DNA from: Mycobacterium sp.
GTDB taxonomy: Bacteria; Actinomycetota; Actinomycetes; Mycobacteriales; Mycobacteriaceae
Length of the DNA stretch: 64,000 bases
Reading direction: 5' to 3' (one strand)
Assembly (NCBI GenBank): GCA_044370595.1
Contig: JBILVF010000001.1
Shown here: one piece after another, positions 27,950-38,910 of the stretch
How the letters are laid out: each line of letters starts with the position of its first letter
How positions within the stretch are numbered: the stretch's first letter is position 1
Translations under genes and position numbers: made by a program
Notes under the pieces: model-generated
The model's input: the letters and a program-made list of their open reading frames with translations, nothing else
What the model was told of the DNA's origin: nothing
Database searches by the model: none

Positions 27950-30067
27950 TTAGCGGAAGCGCTTCAGCCGCAGGCTGTTGGTCACCACCAGTACCGACGA
28001 CAGCGCCATCGCCGCACCCGCAATCATCGGGTTGAGCAGGCCCAACGCCGCGAGCGGAATGGCGGCGACGTTGTAGCCGAAGGCCCAGAAGAGGTTCTGC
28101 TTGATGGTCCGCAGGGTGCGGCCGGACAATCGCAGCGCGGTTCCGACCGTGCGAAGGTCGCCACGGACCAGCGTGATGTCACCGGCTTCGATGGCGGCAT
28201 CGGTGCCGGTGCCCATCGCCATGCCGATATCGGCGGTGGCCAGGGCAACCGAGTCATTGACACCGTCGCCCACCATCGCGACCCGCCGTCCGGCGGCCTG
28301 CAGTCGGGAGATCGCATCGGCCTTCTGTGACGGCAGCACGCCGGCGAGGACGTCGTCGGCCCCGATTCCGACCTCGGCGGCAACCCGGCTGGCGACTGCG
28401 GCGTTATCGCCGGTCAGCAACATAGGGGTGATGCCCATCGACTTCAGTTCCGCGATCGCCGGCGCGCTGGTCGGCTTGACCGAGTCGGCGAGCCGGATGA
28501 CCCCCCGCCGCTGACCGTCCCAACTCACCGACACGCTGGTTCGTCCATCGCTGTCCGCCGCACGGACCACCTGGACCTGCAGGCCGTCGACCACGCCCCG
28601 GACGCCGGTGCCGGGATCGTTGACGAAGTCGGAGACGGCGGGGATGGGTAACCCCCGCTCGCGGGCGAAAGCCACAATGGCGGCGGCTACCGGATGTTCG
28701 GAGGCCGACTCCACCGCGGCCGCGCGGGTCAGCACGGTGTCAGCATTCTCACCCGCCTCCTCGTCGACGGACTCCACGCTCATCTCCCCGGTGGTGACCG
28801 TGCCGGTCTTGTCCAGGACGACGGTGTCGATGCCGCTGACCGTCTCCAGTACCTGCGGCTCCTTGATCAGCACGCCGAGTTGAGCACCCCGGCCGGTGCC
28901 GACGAGGATGGCGGTCGGGGTGGCCAGGCCCAGCGCGCACGGGCAGGCGATGATCAACACCGCCACCGCCGCTGTGAACGCCGCCGCGACGGAGTGCCCG
29001 GTCAGCAGCCATGCCGCCAGCGTGACCGCAGCGATCACCAGCACCGCCGGAACGAACACCGCCGAGACCCGATCGGCGAGCCGCTGGATGGAAGCCTTGC
29101 CGCTCTGGGCCTCGGCGACCATCCGGGCCATCCGCGCCAGCTGGGTATCGGACCCGACCTGCTTGGCGCGCAGCATGATTCGTCCGTATGTGTTGACCGA
29201 ACCACCGAGAACATCGTCGCCGGGGCGCACGTCGACGGGAACCGACTCGCCCGTCATCACCGAAGTGTCCAGTGCCGAGACGCCGTCTACCACCACACCG
29301 TCGGTGGCCACCCGTTCACCCGGGCGCACCACGATCACGTCACCGACCAGCAACGCATCAGCGGCGACCCGGACCTCGGCGCCGTCGCGCACCACGGTGG
29401 CCTCTTTGGCGCCGAGTGACAGCAGTGCGCGCAGCGCCGAACCAGCGGCACGTTTGGCCTTTGCCTCCGCGTACCGGCCGGCCAGCAGGAAGACCGTCAC
29501 TGCGGCGGCCACTTCGAAGTACACATGCTCCCCGCCATGACCCCGCCCGTGTCCGGCGCCGGTGAGCAGGACGACCACCGACCACAAGTAGGCGGCCAGC
29601 GTGCCCAGCGACACCAGGGTGTCCATGGTGGAGGTGCCGTGCCGCGCACTGGTGAGCGCGGCCCTGTGGAACGCATAACCGCCCCACCACACGATGGGAG
29701 TGGTCAGCGCCAGCGCCACCCACTGCCATCCGGGGAATTGCCACGGCATCACCATCGACAGCGCCAGCACCGGCATCGCCAGCACAGCCGAACCGATCAA
29801 CCGCGAGCGCAACTGCTGTTGGGGCACCTCGTGGCTCATGTGGTCGTCATGGCCCGGCCGATGCATCACCGCGGCGTGATAGCCGGTGGACTCGACGGCT
29901 CGCACCAGGTCCTCGACGGTCACCTGGGGGCCATGTTCGACGTGGGCCTGTTCCACCGCGAAGTTCACCGAGGCCTGCACACCGTCAAGATGGTTGAGGC
30001 TGCGTTCCACGCGCGCCGCACACGAAGCACAACTCATTCCGGACAGTCGCAGTTCGGTGGTGGTCAC
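27950..30067 (-). CDS. Cu+-translocating P1B-type ATPase
   Basis: HMA GMSCASC, YFE, CPC, DKTGT, SEHP, GDGVND, YN and MALSS residues typical of P1B-1. Confidence 0.93.
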   Translation of the reverse strand: MTTTELRLSGMSCASCAARVERSLNHLDGVQASVNFAVEQAHVEHGPQVTVEDLVRAVESTGYHAAVMHRPGHDDHMSHEVPQQQLRSRLIGSAVLAMPVLALSMVMPWQFPGWQWVALALTTPIVWWGGYAFHRAALTSARHGTSTMDTLVSLGTLAAYLWSVVVLLTGAGHGRGHGGEHVYFEVAAAVTVFLLAGRYAEAKAKRAAGSALRALLSLGAKEATVVRDGAEVRVAADALLVGDVIVVRPGERVATDGVVVDGVSALDTSVMTGESVPVDVRPGDDVLGGSVNTYGRIMLRAKQVGSDTQLARMARMVAEAQSGKASIQRLADRVSAVFVPAVLVIAAVTLAAWLLTGHSVAAAFTAAVAVLIIACPCALGLATPTAILVGTGRGAQLGVLIKEPQVLETVSGIDTVVLDKTGTVTTGEMSVESVDEEAGENADTVLTRAAAVESASEHPVAAAIVAFARERGLPIPAVSDFVNDPGTGVRGVVDGLQVQVVRAADSDGRTSVSVSWDGQRRGVIRLADSVKPTSAPAIAELKSMGITPMLLTGDNAAVASRVAAEVGIGADDVLAGVLPSQKADAISRLQAAGRRVAMVGDGVNDSVALATADIGMAMGTGTDAAIEAGDITLVRGDLRTVGTALRLSGRTLRTIKQNLFWAFGYNVAAIPLAALGLLNPMIAGAAMALSSVLVVTNSLRLKRFR

Positions 30068-30076
30068 ACGTCGAAT

Positions 30077-30093
30077 ATACCCCAGGGGGGTAT
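30077..30093. promoter_or_regulatory. CsoR/RicR-type operator
   Basis: ATACCC-CAGGG-GGGTAT fits TACCC-N5-RGGTA, 10 bp upstream of the ATPase start. Confidence 0.8.
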
Positions 30094-30449
30094 CACCGCG
30101 CCACCAGGTACGCCAACGCTCCGCAGTATCCGGCCTTGAGCCACAGCAGTCCGGGGAACGCCAACCCAGCCACCCCCAGCCCTGCGACCAGAACGCCGCA
30201 GGCCAAAACGATCGCGGCCGCCGAGATCCCGTAACGCAGCCCGTACCCGACCCCACGCCGGGCGAACACCGCGACCAGCACGCACATGATCACCGAGGTG
30301 ATCGCCAGATTCACCAGAACCGCCGAAAGCGGTTGGAAGCCGCCGGGATTGAGGAATTTCTCGATCAGCGGGTTGAGCACCGCGTTGATCACAGCCGCGA
30401 CGACAGCCGAGCCGCGAGCTGAGACGTGCGGCGTGGGCATATCAGCCAT
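30093..30449 (-). CDS. Small hypothetical multi-pass membrane protein
   Basis: About four hydrophobic segments; ATG 30449 just after the upstream stop; no family recognised. Confidence 0.55.
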   Translation of the reverse strand: MADMPTPHVSARGSAVVAAVINAVLNPLIEKFLNPGGFQPLSAVLVNLAITSVIMCVLVAVFARRGVGYGLRYGISAAAIVLACGVLVAGLGVAGLAFPGLLWLKAGYCGALAYLVAR

Positions 30450-30450
30450 A

Positions 30451-30696
30451 TCAGCGCCCGGGCGCGCGTTTCCGATTGCGCCGCAGGCCGGCCATGCCGA
30501 GCACGGCAAGCACTCCCCCAACGGTGACCAACACCCAGCTGAGCATCATCAGCGGCGGGTCATAGACCACCGAGACGGTGGCGGGCTCGCCTTCCCTGAC
30601 GGGCGGGACATCAACCAGGCTGGTGACCTGCAGCCAACACAGTGCCGCCGCGACGATGGCGGCGCCGGCCAGCAGCAGCTGCACGATGTGCTTCAC
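30451..30696 (-). CDS. Membrane protein (Rv0514-like)
   Basis: VPPVREGEPATVSVVYDPPL motif; synteny. Confidence 0.8.
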   Translation of the reverse strand: MKHIVQLLLAGAAIVAAALCWLQVTSLVDVPPVREGEPATVSVVYDPPLMMLSWVLVTVGGVLAVLGMAGLRRNRKRAPGR

Positions 30697-30704
30697 GGCG
30701 GGCG

Positions 30705-31229
30705 TCACCCCACCAGCCGGTTCAGCTCTGCGCGCAACGCATCGGCGTCTCGGGCCCATGCCTGGACCAGCCGCCCCCCGGCCAGTTTCAGCCCCACCCC
30801 GGTGCGGCCGCGGGGCACCCCGGACAGCTCGCCGAGCGCCCGGGCCCGCTGCCAGGGTTCCGGCATCTCGACGGGTTTGACCCGCCAGCTGCTGACCGGC
30901 CCCTTGGATCTCGCCGGCTCTGGCGGCTCGGGGAACACCGAGACGATCTCCTTGATGTCGATGAGTTCGGTGCCTTCCCGCAAGGTGTCGGCAGTCAGTT
31001 CGACGCTGGTGTGGATACGGGCGGCCTTGACCTGCAGCGCCAGGAACCCCGTGACCAGGATCAGGAACATCAGCGGGACGGCCAACCGAAACCCCAGACC
31101 GGCCCGATACTGCACGAAGATCATCGCCAGCGCGGCCAGCGGGCCAGCCAGCAACCACAGCCAACTGGCCCCGCATTCGAACAACAACGGTTCTTGTCTG
31201 CCGGAATCCTGCGCCTTATTCACCGGCAT
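30705..31229 (-). CDS. Membrane protein (Rv0513-like)
   Basis: KAARIHTSVELT, ARALGELSGVPRGRTGVGLKL. Confidence 0.85.
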   Translation of the reverse strand: MPVNKAQDSGRQEPLLFECGASWLWLLAGPLAALAMIFVQYRAGLGFRLAVPLMFLILVTGFLALQVKAARIHTSVELTADTLREGTELIDIKEIVSVFPEPPEPARSKGPVSSWRVKPVEMPEPWQRARALGELSGVPRGRTGVGLKLAGGRLVQAWARDADALRAELNRLVG

Positions 31230-31638
31230 ACCACTCCACGACAGCAGGCCGGCTCAGCAGCAGTGTGCCGACGATGATCGGAAGGATGCTGAGCAGCGCC
31301 AGGATATGGGTTCCGGAGAGCACCGCCGCCACCGCGACGAGCACGACGATGGCGAGACTCAGCGCCATCGCCGCGCGGCGGGAACGCAGGTCGCGGCGTC
31401 GAGCACGTCCGGCGAACCACACCAGCGCGAGGCCGGCGAAGCCGAACAACAACCCCGCGCCCCGGTACAGCCGGGCGTAGGCACGGACCGCGTCGTCGGT
31501 GACCGACGGCGGGCTGGTCTGGCGCAGTGAGTCGAAACTCACCAGACCGGCGAGTAGCCCGCCGGCCATCAACAGAACCGCGCCGAGCACCAGCAGCCAG
31601 CAGGCGGTGGTCACCGCGCTGGGTCGGGTCTCGCTCAT
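31216..31638 (-). CDS. Hypothetical membrane protein
   Basis: Four TM segments, operonic with hemB. Confidence 0.7.
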   Translation of the reverse strand: MSETRPSAVTTACWLLVLGAVLLMAGGLLAGLVSFDSLRQTSPPSVTDDAVRAYARLYRGAGLLFGFAGLALVWFAGRARRRDLRSRRAAMALSLAIVVLVAVAAVLSGTHILALLSILPIIVGTLLLSRPAVVEWYAGE

Positions 31639-31663
31639 AGTTCGGCAAGCCTAACTCTGCCGG

Positions 31664-32092
31664 TCAGCGGGTGAAGAACCGGTGAGAGTCCGCTCGGTGC
31701 AGCAGATAGATCCCGCCCGCAATGAAAACCGAACCGAAGATGCCGGTGACGGCGTAGATCACCGCGGGCAGCGGCGGTCTGGGCGGGCCGAACAGCCCTG
31801 CGACCGTGACGAAGATGGTGACCAGTCCGCCGCTGGTGAGCAGCGTTCGGGCCCACCGGTAGCCCGACCGCAGCAGGGCCAGAAAACCCACCACCACCCC
31901 GCCGAGAATGGCGACGACGAATGCGGTGGTGACGAACACGAACGGCGATCCGGCATCCTTGGCGGCCACGTAGGCGTCGGCGAGTTGACCGATGACCATC
32001 AGCAGGACGGCGACCAACCAGAGCCAGAAACCGGTGTCGACGTCGGGCGGGCGCCCATCACCGGTCTGCTGCTGATCGGTCACGCCAGCCAA
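31664..32092 (-). CDS. Hypothetical membrane protein
   Basis: PPDVDTGFWLW, LRSGYRWARTLLT; overlaps hemB stop. Confidence 0.7.
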   Translation of the reverse strand: MAGVTDQQQTGDGRPPDVDTGFWLWLVAVLLMVIGQLADAYVAAKDAGSPFVFVTTAFVVAILGGVVVGFLALLRSGYRWARTLLTSGGLVTIFVTVAGLFGPPRPPLPAVIYAVTGIFGSVFIAGGIYLLHRADSHRFFTR

Positions 32093-33060
32093 CCCGCGGC
32101 CTCAGCCGCCCAGTAGCTCAGCACGATGTCGGCGCCGGCCCGGCGGATACAGGTCAAGGACTCCAGCGCAGCGGCACGCCCGTCCACCCAGCCGTTGGCC
32201 GCAGCCGCGCTGATCATCGCGTACTCCCCGGAGACCTGATAGGCCGCGACCGGCACGGGGGAGACCGCGGCGGCCGCCGCGACGACATCGAGGTAAGCCA
32301 TCGCCGGCTTGACCATGACGATGTCGGCACCCTCCCCGACGTCGAGTAGTACCTCACGGACGGCCTCGCGGCCGTTGCCGCTGTCCTGCTGGTAGGAGCG
32401 GCGGTCGCCGGTCAGGCTGGAGGCCACGGCGTCCCGGAACGGGCCGTAGAACGCCGAGGCGAACTTGGCGGCGTAGGCGAGGATGGCCACGTCGGAGAAA
32501 CCGGCAGCGTCCAGGCCGTCCCGGATGGCAGCCACCTGACCGTCCATCATTCCGCTCGGACCGACTACGTGCGCACCCGATTCGGCCTGGGCCACGGCAA
32601 GTTTGACGTAGGCAGCATTGGTCGCGTCGTTGTCGACCCGGCCACGTGCGTCCAGAACACCGCAGTGCCCATGGTCGGTGAATTCGTCCAGACAGGTATC
32701 TGCCATCAGGACGGTGGCGTCCCCGAGATCCTCGGCGAGGTCGCGCAGTGCGACGTTGAGAATCCCGTCCGGGCGGATCCCGCAGGAGCCGACGGCGTCC
32801 TTGTCCGCCTCGCGCGGCACCCCGAACAGCATCAATCCGCCGACCCCCGCCTCGACCGCGGCGGCTGCCGCCCGGCGAAGCGAGTCGCGGGTGTGCTGGA
32901 GGACACCGGGCATGGACGCGATCGGCTGCGCTTCCTCGAGGCCATCGGCCACGAACATCGGCAGCACCAGGTGCCGGGGTTCCAGGGACGTCTGAGCCAC
33001 CAAACGGCGCAGGGCCGGGGTGGACCGCAGCCGTCGGGGGCGCTGCCGGGGGTATGTCAT
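32080..33060 (-). CDS. hemB: Porphobilinogen synthase
   Basis: CLDEFTDHGHCG Zn motif, SGMMDG, MVKPA, AYQVSGEY. Confidence 0.96.
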   Translation of the reverse strand: MTYPRQRPRRLRSTPALRRLVAQTSLEPRHLVLPMFVADGLEEAQPIASMPGVLQHTRDSLRRAAAAAVEAGVGGLMLFGVPREADKDAVGSCGIRPDGILNVALRDLAEDLGDATVLMADTCLDEFTDHGHCGVLDARGRVDNDATNAAYVKLAVAQAESGAHVVGPSGMMDGQVAAIRDGLDAAGFSDVAILAYAAKFASAFYGPFRDAVASSLTGDRRSYQQDSGNGREAVREVLLDVGEGADIVMVKPAMAYLDVVAAAAAVSPVPVAAYQVSGEYAMISAAAANGWVDGRAAALESLTCIRRAGADIVLSYWAAEAAGWLA

Positions 33061-33062
33061 CG

Positions 33063-33089
33063 CTGTGCCGACTGTGCCGACTGGGCCGA
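33063..33089. repeat. 9-bp intergenic tandem repeat CTGTGCCGA x2 plus CTGGGCCGA
   Basis: Fills most of the gap between hemD stop and hemB start. Confidence 0.8.
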
Positions 33090-33090
33090 C

Positions 33091-34722
33091 CTAGCGGCGG
33101 CGGCTCTTCTTGCGCGGCGGCGGCAACGCGCCCTCGGACCGCAACCGGGCGGCATGCTCAGCCAGCGCTTCGACCAAAGGACCCACCGCCGCGGTTTCGG
33201 GCTGGACGTCCACCCGGAGGCCGAATTCCACCGCGGTCTCGGCGGTTTTGGGCCCGATGCAGGCGACGATGGTTCGGGCGTGCGGCTTGCCGGCGATGCC
33301 GACCAGGTTGCGCACCGTGGAACTGGACGTGAAGCAGACCGCGTCGAACCCACCGGTCTTGATCATCTCCCGGGTCTCCGCCGGCGGCGGGGCCGCGCGC
33401 ACGGTGCGGTAGGCGGTGACATCCTCGATCTCCCAACCACGTTCCCGCAGACCCTCGGCCAAGGTTTCGGTGGCGATGTCTGCTCGCGGCAGCAGCACCC
33501 GGTTGACCGGGTCGAAAATGCTGTCGTACTCCGGGAATTCATCGAGCAGACCCAGGGAGGACTGCTCACCGGAGGGCACCAGTTCAGGGCTGATCCCGAA
33601 CGCGCGAACCCGGTCGGCGGTCGACTCACCGACGCAGGCGATCTTGACCCCGGAGAAGGCCCGGGCATCCAGACCGAATTCGCCGAACTTCTCCCACACC
33701 GCACGTACCGCGTTGGTGGAGGTGAACACCACCCACTGGTAGCGGCCGTCGACGAGGCCCTTGACGGCGCGCTCCATCTGCGCCGGACTGCGTGGGGGTT
33801 CGACGGCGATGGTGGGCACCTCGATCGGCAGGGCGCCGTGCGCGATGAGCCGATCACTCATCTCACCGGCCTGCTCCTTGGTACGCGGCACCAGCACGGT
33901 CCAGCCGTACAGCGCACGACTCTCCCACCAGTTGAGTTTGGCGCGCGCGGTCACGGCCCGGCCGATGGTCACCACCAGCGGTCCGGCCAGCGGTCCGGCG
34001 GAGTCCCCGGCTCCCAGAGCCCGGTCGGTGAGGCCGTGCAGGGTCGATTCCACCGAACGCTGCCCGCAGGTGGTGCCCTGGGCACTCACCACGCACGGGG
34101 TGCTCTCGGCAAGGCCGTACTCGATGAGCGAACGCGCCGCATCGGGCAGATGCGAGGACGTCGCAGTCAGGATCAGCGGACCGGGGGCGGCGGCCAGCGC
34201 AGCCCAGTCAACCTCACCGCGCACATCGGCGACGGTGTGGGTGGACCCCAGCGGCAACCCCGCGTAGGTGGGCACCGCGACGGTGGCCGGAAGGCCGGGC
34301 ACGATCTCGAACGGCAGATGGGTCTTGGACACCGCGGTCACCTCGGCGCCGACCGCGTCCACCGACAGTGGGTCTCCGGCGACCAGCCGGACCACATCGA
34401 CACCGGTTTTGGCCTCGGCCACCAGGGTCTTGGCCACTTCGGCCGGCTCACCGAGTGCCGGGCGGATATCCGGCCCGGCGCTGACCACCGGCGAATCCCC
34501 ACCGGCGCCGTCGGGCGCCGGTCCGGCAGCGGGCGGCAGGTCGGTACCGACGAGTCGGAGCACCGCCTCCGGCACGTCGGGGTCGGTGAATACGCATGCG
34601 GCGTTGGCCAGGACGGTGCGCGCCCGCGTCGTCAGCAGACCCGGGTCACCGGGGCCGGAGCCGACGAACGTGATGCGTCCCGGCTTCGCCTTGCGCCCTC
34701 TCGGGGTCACGTGACCAGTCAT
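33091..34722 (-). CDS. hemD: Bifunctional uroporphyrinogen-III C-methyltransferase/synthase (Rv0511-like)
   Basis: FVGSGPGDPGLLT plus HemD domain (FTSTNAV, FTSSSTV); ATG 34722. Confidence 0.92.
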   Translation of the reverse strand: MTGHVTPRGRKAKPGRITFVGSGPGDPGLLTTRARTVLANAACVFTDPDVPEAVLRLVGTDLPPAAGPAPDGAGGDSPVVSAGPDIRPALGEPAEVAKTLVAEAKTGVDVVRLVAGDPLSVDAVGAEVTAVSKTHLPFEIVPGLPATVAVPTYAGLPLGSTHTVADVRGEVDWAALAAAPGPLILTATSSHLPDAARSLIEYGLAESTPCVVSAQGTTCGQRSVESTLHGLTDRALGAGDSAGPLAGPLVVTIGRAVTARAKLNWWESRALYGWTVLVPRTKEQAGEMSDRLIAHGALPIEVPTIAVEPPRSPAQMERAVKGLVDGRYQWVVFTSTNAVRAVWEKFGEFGLDARAFSGVKIACVGESTADRVRAFGISPELVPSGEQSSLGLLDEFPEYDSIFDPVNRVLLPRADIATETLAEGLRERGWEIEDVTAYRTVRAAPPPAETREMIKTGGFDAVCFTSSSTVRNLVGIAGKPHARTIVACIGPKTAETAVEFGLRVDVQPETAAVGPLVEALAEHAARLRSEGALPPPRKKSRRR

Positions 34723-34744
34723 AGCCTCTCCTGATCCACCGTTG

Positions 34745-35680
34745 TCACGGCAGTTCCCGCTCGTGCGACATGACCTCCCGCGCGCCCAGTTCGACCAACT
34801 CCGCGGCGACCGAGAGCCCCAGCTCTGCGGCCCGGCCGGGAGTGCCGATGCCAGACGCACGGATCACGTCGGATCCGTCTACTGCCGCCACGCAAGCGCG
34901 TAGCGACAGTTCCTCGAAGACACGGTCGTCATCATCGATGGACTCGACCACCTCAGCGATCGCGCCCACCGGTGCGGAACAACCCGCCTCCAAGTCGGCC
35001 AGCAGGACTCGCTCGGCGGTGACCGCGGCGCGGGTGTCGGGGTCATCCAACTCCGCCAACAGCGCCGCAAGCCCGGTGTCGCCGGATCGGCATTCCACCG
35101 CCAGCGCTCCCTGAGCAGGTGCTGGCAACATCTGCACCGGCTCCAGCGTCTCAGTGACATCGCCGAGTCGACCGAGTCTGGCCAGACCCGCCCGAGCGAC
35201 CACGATGGCATCGAAATCACCGCTGCTTACCCTGTTCAACCTGGTATCCAGGTTGCCTCTTAGGGGGCGGATTTCCAAACCGAGACCCAGTGCTCTAAGC
35301 TGCGCCGCCCGCCGGATCGACGAGGTCCCGATCACCGATCCGACCGGCAACTCCCCGAGCACCAGACCGTCCCGGGCTACCAGGGCGTCGCGGGGGTCCT
35401 CCCGAGGCGGAACTGCGGCGATGACGAACCGTTCGTCGGCGGCGGTGGGCAGATCCTTGTAGGAGTGCACCGCCATGTCGACCCGACCCTCGGCGATCGC
35501 CTCCCGGAGTGCGGCGGTGAACACCCCGACGCCGATCTCGACGACAGGCGCCGAGGACCGGTCACCGGCGGTGCTGACGATCACCAGTTCGGCGTCATGA
35601 CCGCGCGCGACGAGTTGGTCCCGGATCGCCCCGGCCTGGGTGGTGGCCAGTAGGCTGCCGCGGGTACCGATCCGGATCAA
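34745..35680 (-). CDS. hemC: Hydroxymethylbilane synthase
   Basis: [32 protein letters not shown]. Confidence 0.96.
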   Translation of the reverse strand: MIRIGTRGSLLATTQAGAIRDQLVARGHDAELVIVSTAGDRSSAPVVEIGVGVFTAALREAIAEGRVDMAVHSYKDLPTAADERFVIAAVPPREDPRDALVARDGLVLGELPVGSVIGTSSIRRAAQLRALGLGLEIRPLRGNLDTRLNRVSSGDFDAIVVARAGLARLGRLGDVTETLEPVQMLPAPAQGALAVECRSGDTGLAALLAELDDPDTRAAVTAERVLLADLEAGCSAPVGAIAEVVESIDDDDRVFEELSLRACVAAVDGSDVIRASGIGTPGRAAELGLSVAAELVELGAREVMSHERELP

Positions 35681-37050
35681 GCGTCGGAATCCGTTGGGCG
35701 CAGCACCATTTCACCGGCGGCCACGGCATCGACCGCCTGCGGATCGAGTTCGAACAGCTCCCGTAGCGCCTCGGCATAGGTGTCGGCGCCCGGGGCCCCG
35801 GCCAGTTGTTTGACCCGCACGGTCGGGGCGTGCAGCAGCTTGTCGACCACCCGGCGCACGGTGCTGGCGACCTCCTGGCGCTGGTCGTCGTCCAAGCTGG
35901 GCAGCCGGCTCTCCAGCCGCAGCAACTCGGCCTCCACCAGATCGGCGGCACGTTGGCGCAGCGCGGTGACGGTTGGGGTGACCTCGGCCATCCGCTGGCT
36001 GGCCAGATAGCTGGCGACCTCGGCGGCGACGATCCGGCGGGCGGCCTCGGCGTCGTCGGCGGCAGCCCGGGCCGACGGTTCACGCTGAACCCGGTCCATG
36101 TCGACCACCCAGACGCCGGGCAGTCCGGCGACGGCGGGGTCGACGTCGCGGGGCATGCCCAGATCACACAGCACCAGCGGTGTGGTCAGTTCATCGCGCT
36201 GCGAGGCGGCCAGTGCGTGGTGCACATCGGCCAACGACACCACCGGCCGCACCGCTCCGGTGCAGCTGACCACCACGTCGGCGTCGACCAGGGCGGCGGG
36301 CAGCTGGTCCAACGTCCAGGCGTGGGCGGTGACGCCCTGCTCGGTGAGGCCGGCCGCCAGACGTTGAGCGCGCGGCAATGACCGGTTGACCACGTTGATG
36401 TGACCCACCCCGGCGCGGACCAGATGCGCCGCGGTGAGGCTGCCCATGGAGCCGGCACCGATCACGGTGGCGGTCCGCCCGGCCAGCGCGGTGTAGGACG
36501 GTCCCAGTTCAGGCCGGTAGAGCCGCTCGGCCGCGACGTGCAGGGCCACCGAGACCACGCTGCCCCCGGCAGCGTCGATGGAGGTCTCTGAGTGCACCCG
36601 CTTGCCCACCGACAGTGCCCGCTGCGACAGATCGTGCAGGACCCGCCCCACGGTCCGGTTGGCTTCGGCGGTGGCGTAGGCCCGGCGGACCTGGCCGAGC
36701 ACCTGCTGCTCGCCGACCACCGCGCTGTCCAGGCCGCTGGCGACGGCAAAAAGATGCTCGACGGCCGCTTCGCTGTAGCGCACGTAGGCGTGTTTGGTCA
36801 GATCACCCATCGACAGACCCGAGCGCTCGGCGAGGACCTGCCCGATCGCGGAAAGTCCGCCGTGGAATGCCTCCACGACCGCGTAGACCTCGACCCGGTT
36901 GCAGGTGGACAGCAACATGGCCTCGGTCACCAACGGGGACTGCAGCACCTGCTGGATCAGCTTGGCCTGGTCGGACTCGTCGGCGGAGAGCTGCTCGAGG
37001 ACCGACACCGGAGCGCTGCGGTGAGACACCCCGAACAACAGGACGCTCAC
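35677..37050 (-). CDS. hemA: Glutamyl-tRNA reductase
   Basis: [33 protein letters not shown]. Confidence 0.96.
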   Translation of the reverse strand: MSVLLFGVSHRSAPVSVLEQLSADESDQAKLIQQVLQSPLVTEAMLLSTCNRVEVYAVVEAFHGGLSAIGQVLAERSGLSMGDLTKHAYVRYSEAAVEHLFAVASGLDSAVVGEQQVLGQVRRAYATAEANRTVGRVLHDLSQRALSVGKRVHSETSIDAAGGSVVSVALHVAAERLYRPELGPSYTALAGRTATVIGAGSMGSLTAAHLVRAGVGHINVVNRSLPRAQRLAAGLTEQGVTAHAWTLDQLPAALVDADVVVSCTGAVRPVVSLADVHHALAASQRDELTTPLVLCDLGMPRDVDPAVAGLPGVWVVDMDRVQREPSARAAADDAEAARRIVAAEVASYLASQRMAEVTPTVTALRQRAADLVEAELLRLESRLPSLDDDQRQEVASTVRRVVDKLLHAPTVRVKQLAGAPGADTYAEALRELFELDPQAVDAVAAGEMVLRPTDSDA

Positions 37051-37155
37051 GGCACGATCACCTGGCTTGCTCCCTCGAGGCGGCGGAATGGCTCCCGGCT
37101 GGTGTTTCTGGGGAGAGAAACTACTCGCAACGGTAATCCGCGCGCAGCGGCCCGA

Positions 37156-37419
37156 TCAAATTCGCTTCGTGACGTCGGCGCGCAATCGGGGCTCGTCGAC
37201 ATCCCAGTAGCTGTGCTCACGGCCGTCGAGCAGGATCACCGGCAGCCGGTCGCCGAACTCCGCCCGCAGCGCCGGTTCGCCGGCCGCCGCCGCGGCGTCG
37301 ACGTCGGTGCTGGACAACTCGAAGTCCAGTTCGGCGGCCAGCTCGGCCAATCGGCGGTATGCCCGCTCGCACAGCCCGCAGCCGGACCGGGTGAGCAGTT
37401 CAACATGTGCGCGGCTCAT
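37156..37419 (-). CDS. Glutaredoxin-like protein (Rv0508-like)
   Basis: [21 protein letters not shown]. Confidence 0.88.
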   Translation of the reverse strand: MSRAHVELLTRSGCGLCERAYRRLAELAAELDFELSSTDVDAAAAAGEPALRAEFGDRLPVILLDGREHSYWDVDEPRLRADVTKRI

Positions 37420-37457
37420 CACCGGCCAGTCTGGCATCCACCGATAGGGTGAACAGC

Positions 37458-38348
37458 ATGGGATCCGGGGACGAGCAGCCTCGCGCCGCGGAGGCCAGCG
37501 CCCAGCGGGCGGTCGAGGGACTGGTGACCGAGGCCCGGCTGGACAGCCTGTCCGCTGATCCGATCCCGCCACAGCGTGATCTGACCGCAGCGGCGTTCTT
37601 CGACGTCGACAACACCCTGGTTCAGGGGTCGTCGCTGGTGCACTTCGGCCGCGGCCTGGCCGCTCGCAAATACTTCCGGTACGGCGAGGTGTGGAAGTTC
37701 ATCTATGCGCAGGCCAAGTTCCAGCTGACCGGCCGGGAGAACAGCGAGGACGTCGCCGAGGGCCGACGCAAGGCGCTGGCGTTCATCGAGGGCCGCACCA
37801 CCACGGAGTTGAGCGTGCTCGGCGAGGAGATCTACGACGAGATCATCGCCGACAAAATCTGGCCGGGCACCCGGGCGCTGGCGAGGGCGCACCTCGACGC
37901 CGGTCAGCAGGTGTGGCTGGTCACCGCGACCCCTTACGAGCTGGCCGAGGTCATCGCTAGGAGGCTGGGGCTGACCGGGGCGATGGGAACGGTGGCCGAA
38001 TCGGTGGACGGGGTGTTCACCGGACGACTGGTCGGCGACATCCTGCACGGGCTGGGCAAGGCCCACGCGGTGCGGGCGCTGGCGATCCGCGAGGGGCTGA
38101 ACCTCAAACGCTGCACCGCCTACTCCGACAGTTTTAACGACGTTCCGATGCTCTCGCTGGTGGGTACCGCGGTGGCGGTCAACCCCGACGCCGACCTTCG
38201 CGAACTGGCACGGGAAAAGGGTTGGGAGATCAGGGATTTCCGTACCGCTCGTAAAGCAGCGAAGATCGGGGTGCCCTCCGCGCTGGCCCTCGGCGCAGTC
38301 GGTGGCGCCGTCGCCGCGGCTGTGTCGCGCCGCCACGAGAACGACTGA
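37458..38348 (+). CDS. HAD-IB family hydrolase (Rv0505c/SerB1-like)
   Basis: [24 protein letters not shown]; start approximate. Confidence 0.9.
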   Translation: MGSGDEQPRAAEASAQRAVEGLVTEARLDSLSADPIPPQRDLTAAAFFDVDNTLVQGSSLVHFGRGLAARKYFRYGEVWKFIYAQAKFQLTGRENSEDVAEGRRKALAFIEGRTTTELSVLGEEIYDEIIADKIWPGTRALARAHLDAGQQVWLVTATPYELAEVIARRLGLTGAMGTVAESVDGVFTGRLVGDILHGLGKAHAVRALAIREGLNLKRCTAYSDSFNDVPMLSLVGTAVAVNPDADLRELAREKGWEIRDFRTARKAAKIGVPSALALGAVGGAVAAAVSRRHEND

Positions 38349-38403
38349 AGCCCCGAACTCAAGGCCGACGTCGGCCGGCAGCACGACGCGATAAACTCGC
38401 CCA

Positions 38404-38910
38404 ATGTCCTTTGCCAGCGACATCATCGGCACCCACTACCGCTACCCGGACTACTACCTGGTGGGCCGCGAGAAGATCCGCGAGTACTGCAACGCGGTCC
38501 AGTGCAAGGATCCGATCAGCCTGGACGGGGAGGCGGCTCGCGCCGCCGGCTACCCCGATGTGGTGGCCCCGCTGACCTTCATCGCGATCCCCGGACGCCA
38601 AGTCCAGCTGGACATCTTCCGCAACTTCGACGTCGGCATCAACATCGCCCGGGTGATCCACCGCGACCAGAAGATCACTTATCACCGTGCAATCTGTGCC
38701 GGGGACAAGCTGTACTTCGACTCCTGGCTGGAATCGGTGGTCGAGTCCTTCGGTGCCGTCATCAGCACGCTGCGAACCGAGGTGACCGACGCCGAGGGCA
38801 AGCCGGTGATGACGACCTTGGTCACGATGTTCGGTGAATCCGCAGGGTCCGAGGAGGACAACGCGCAGGTGGCGGCGATCGCCGCGGCGGCGCTGGGCCG
38901 AAAGAACTGA
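38404..38910 (+). CDS. HadA-like hotdog dehydratase subunit (Rv0504c-like)
   Basis: [22 protein letters not shown]. Confidence 0.85.
   Translation: MSFASDIIGTHYRYPDYYLVGREKIREYCNAVQCKDPISLDGEAARAAGYPDVVAPLTFIAIPGRQVQLDIFRNFDVGINIARVIHRDQKITYHRAICAGDKLYFDSWLESVVESFGAVISTLRTEVTDAEGKPVMTTLVTMFGESAGSEEDNAQVAAIAAAALGRKN

Noticed and set aside
32569-34734. 721-aa plus-strand ORF, and similar long antisense ORFs (11442-12959, 26867-28330, 21372-22586)
   Set aside because: Shadow frames of well-supported opposite-strand genes, expected from high-GC codon bias; no recognisable motifs
37047-37155. Possible relic of rex upstream of hemA (short frame ending QVIVP* overlapping the hemA start)
   Set aside because: Too short, with no recognisable Rex residues; cannot be told from chance without alignment
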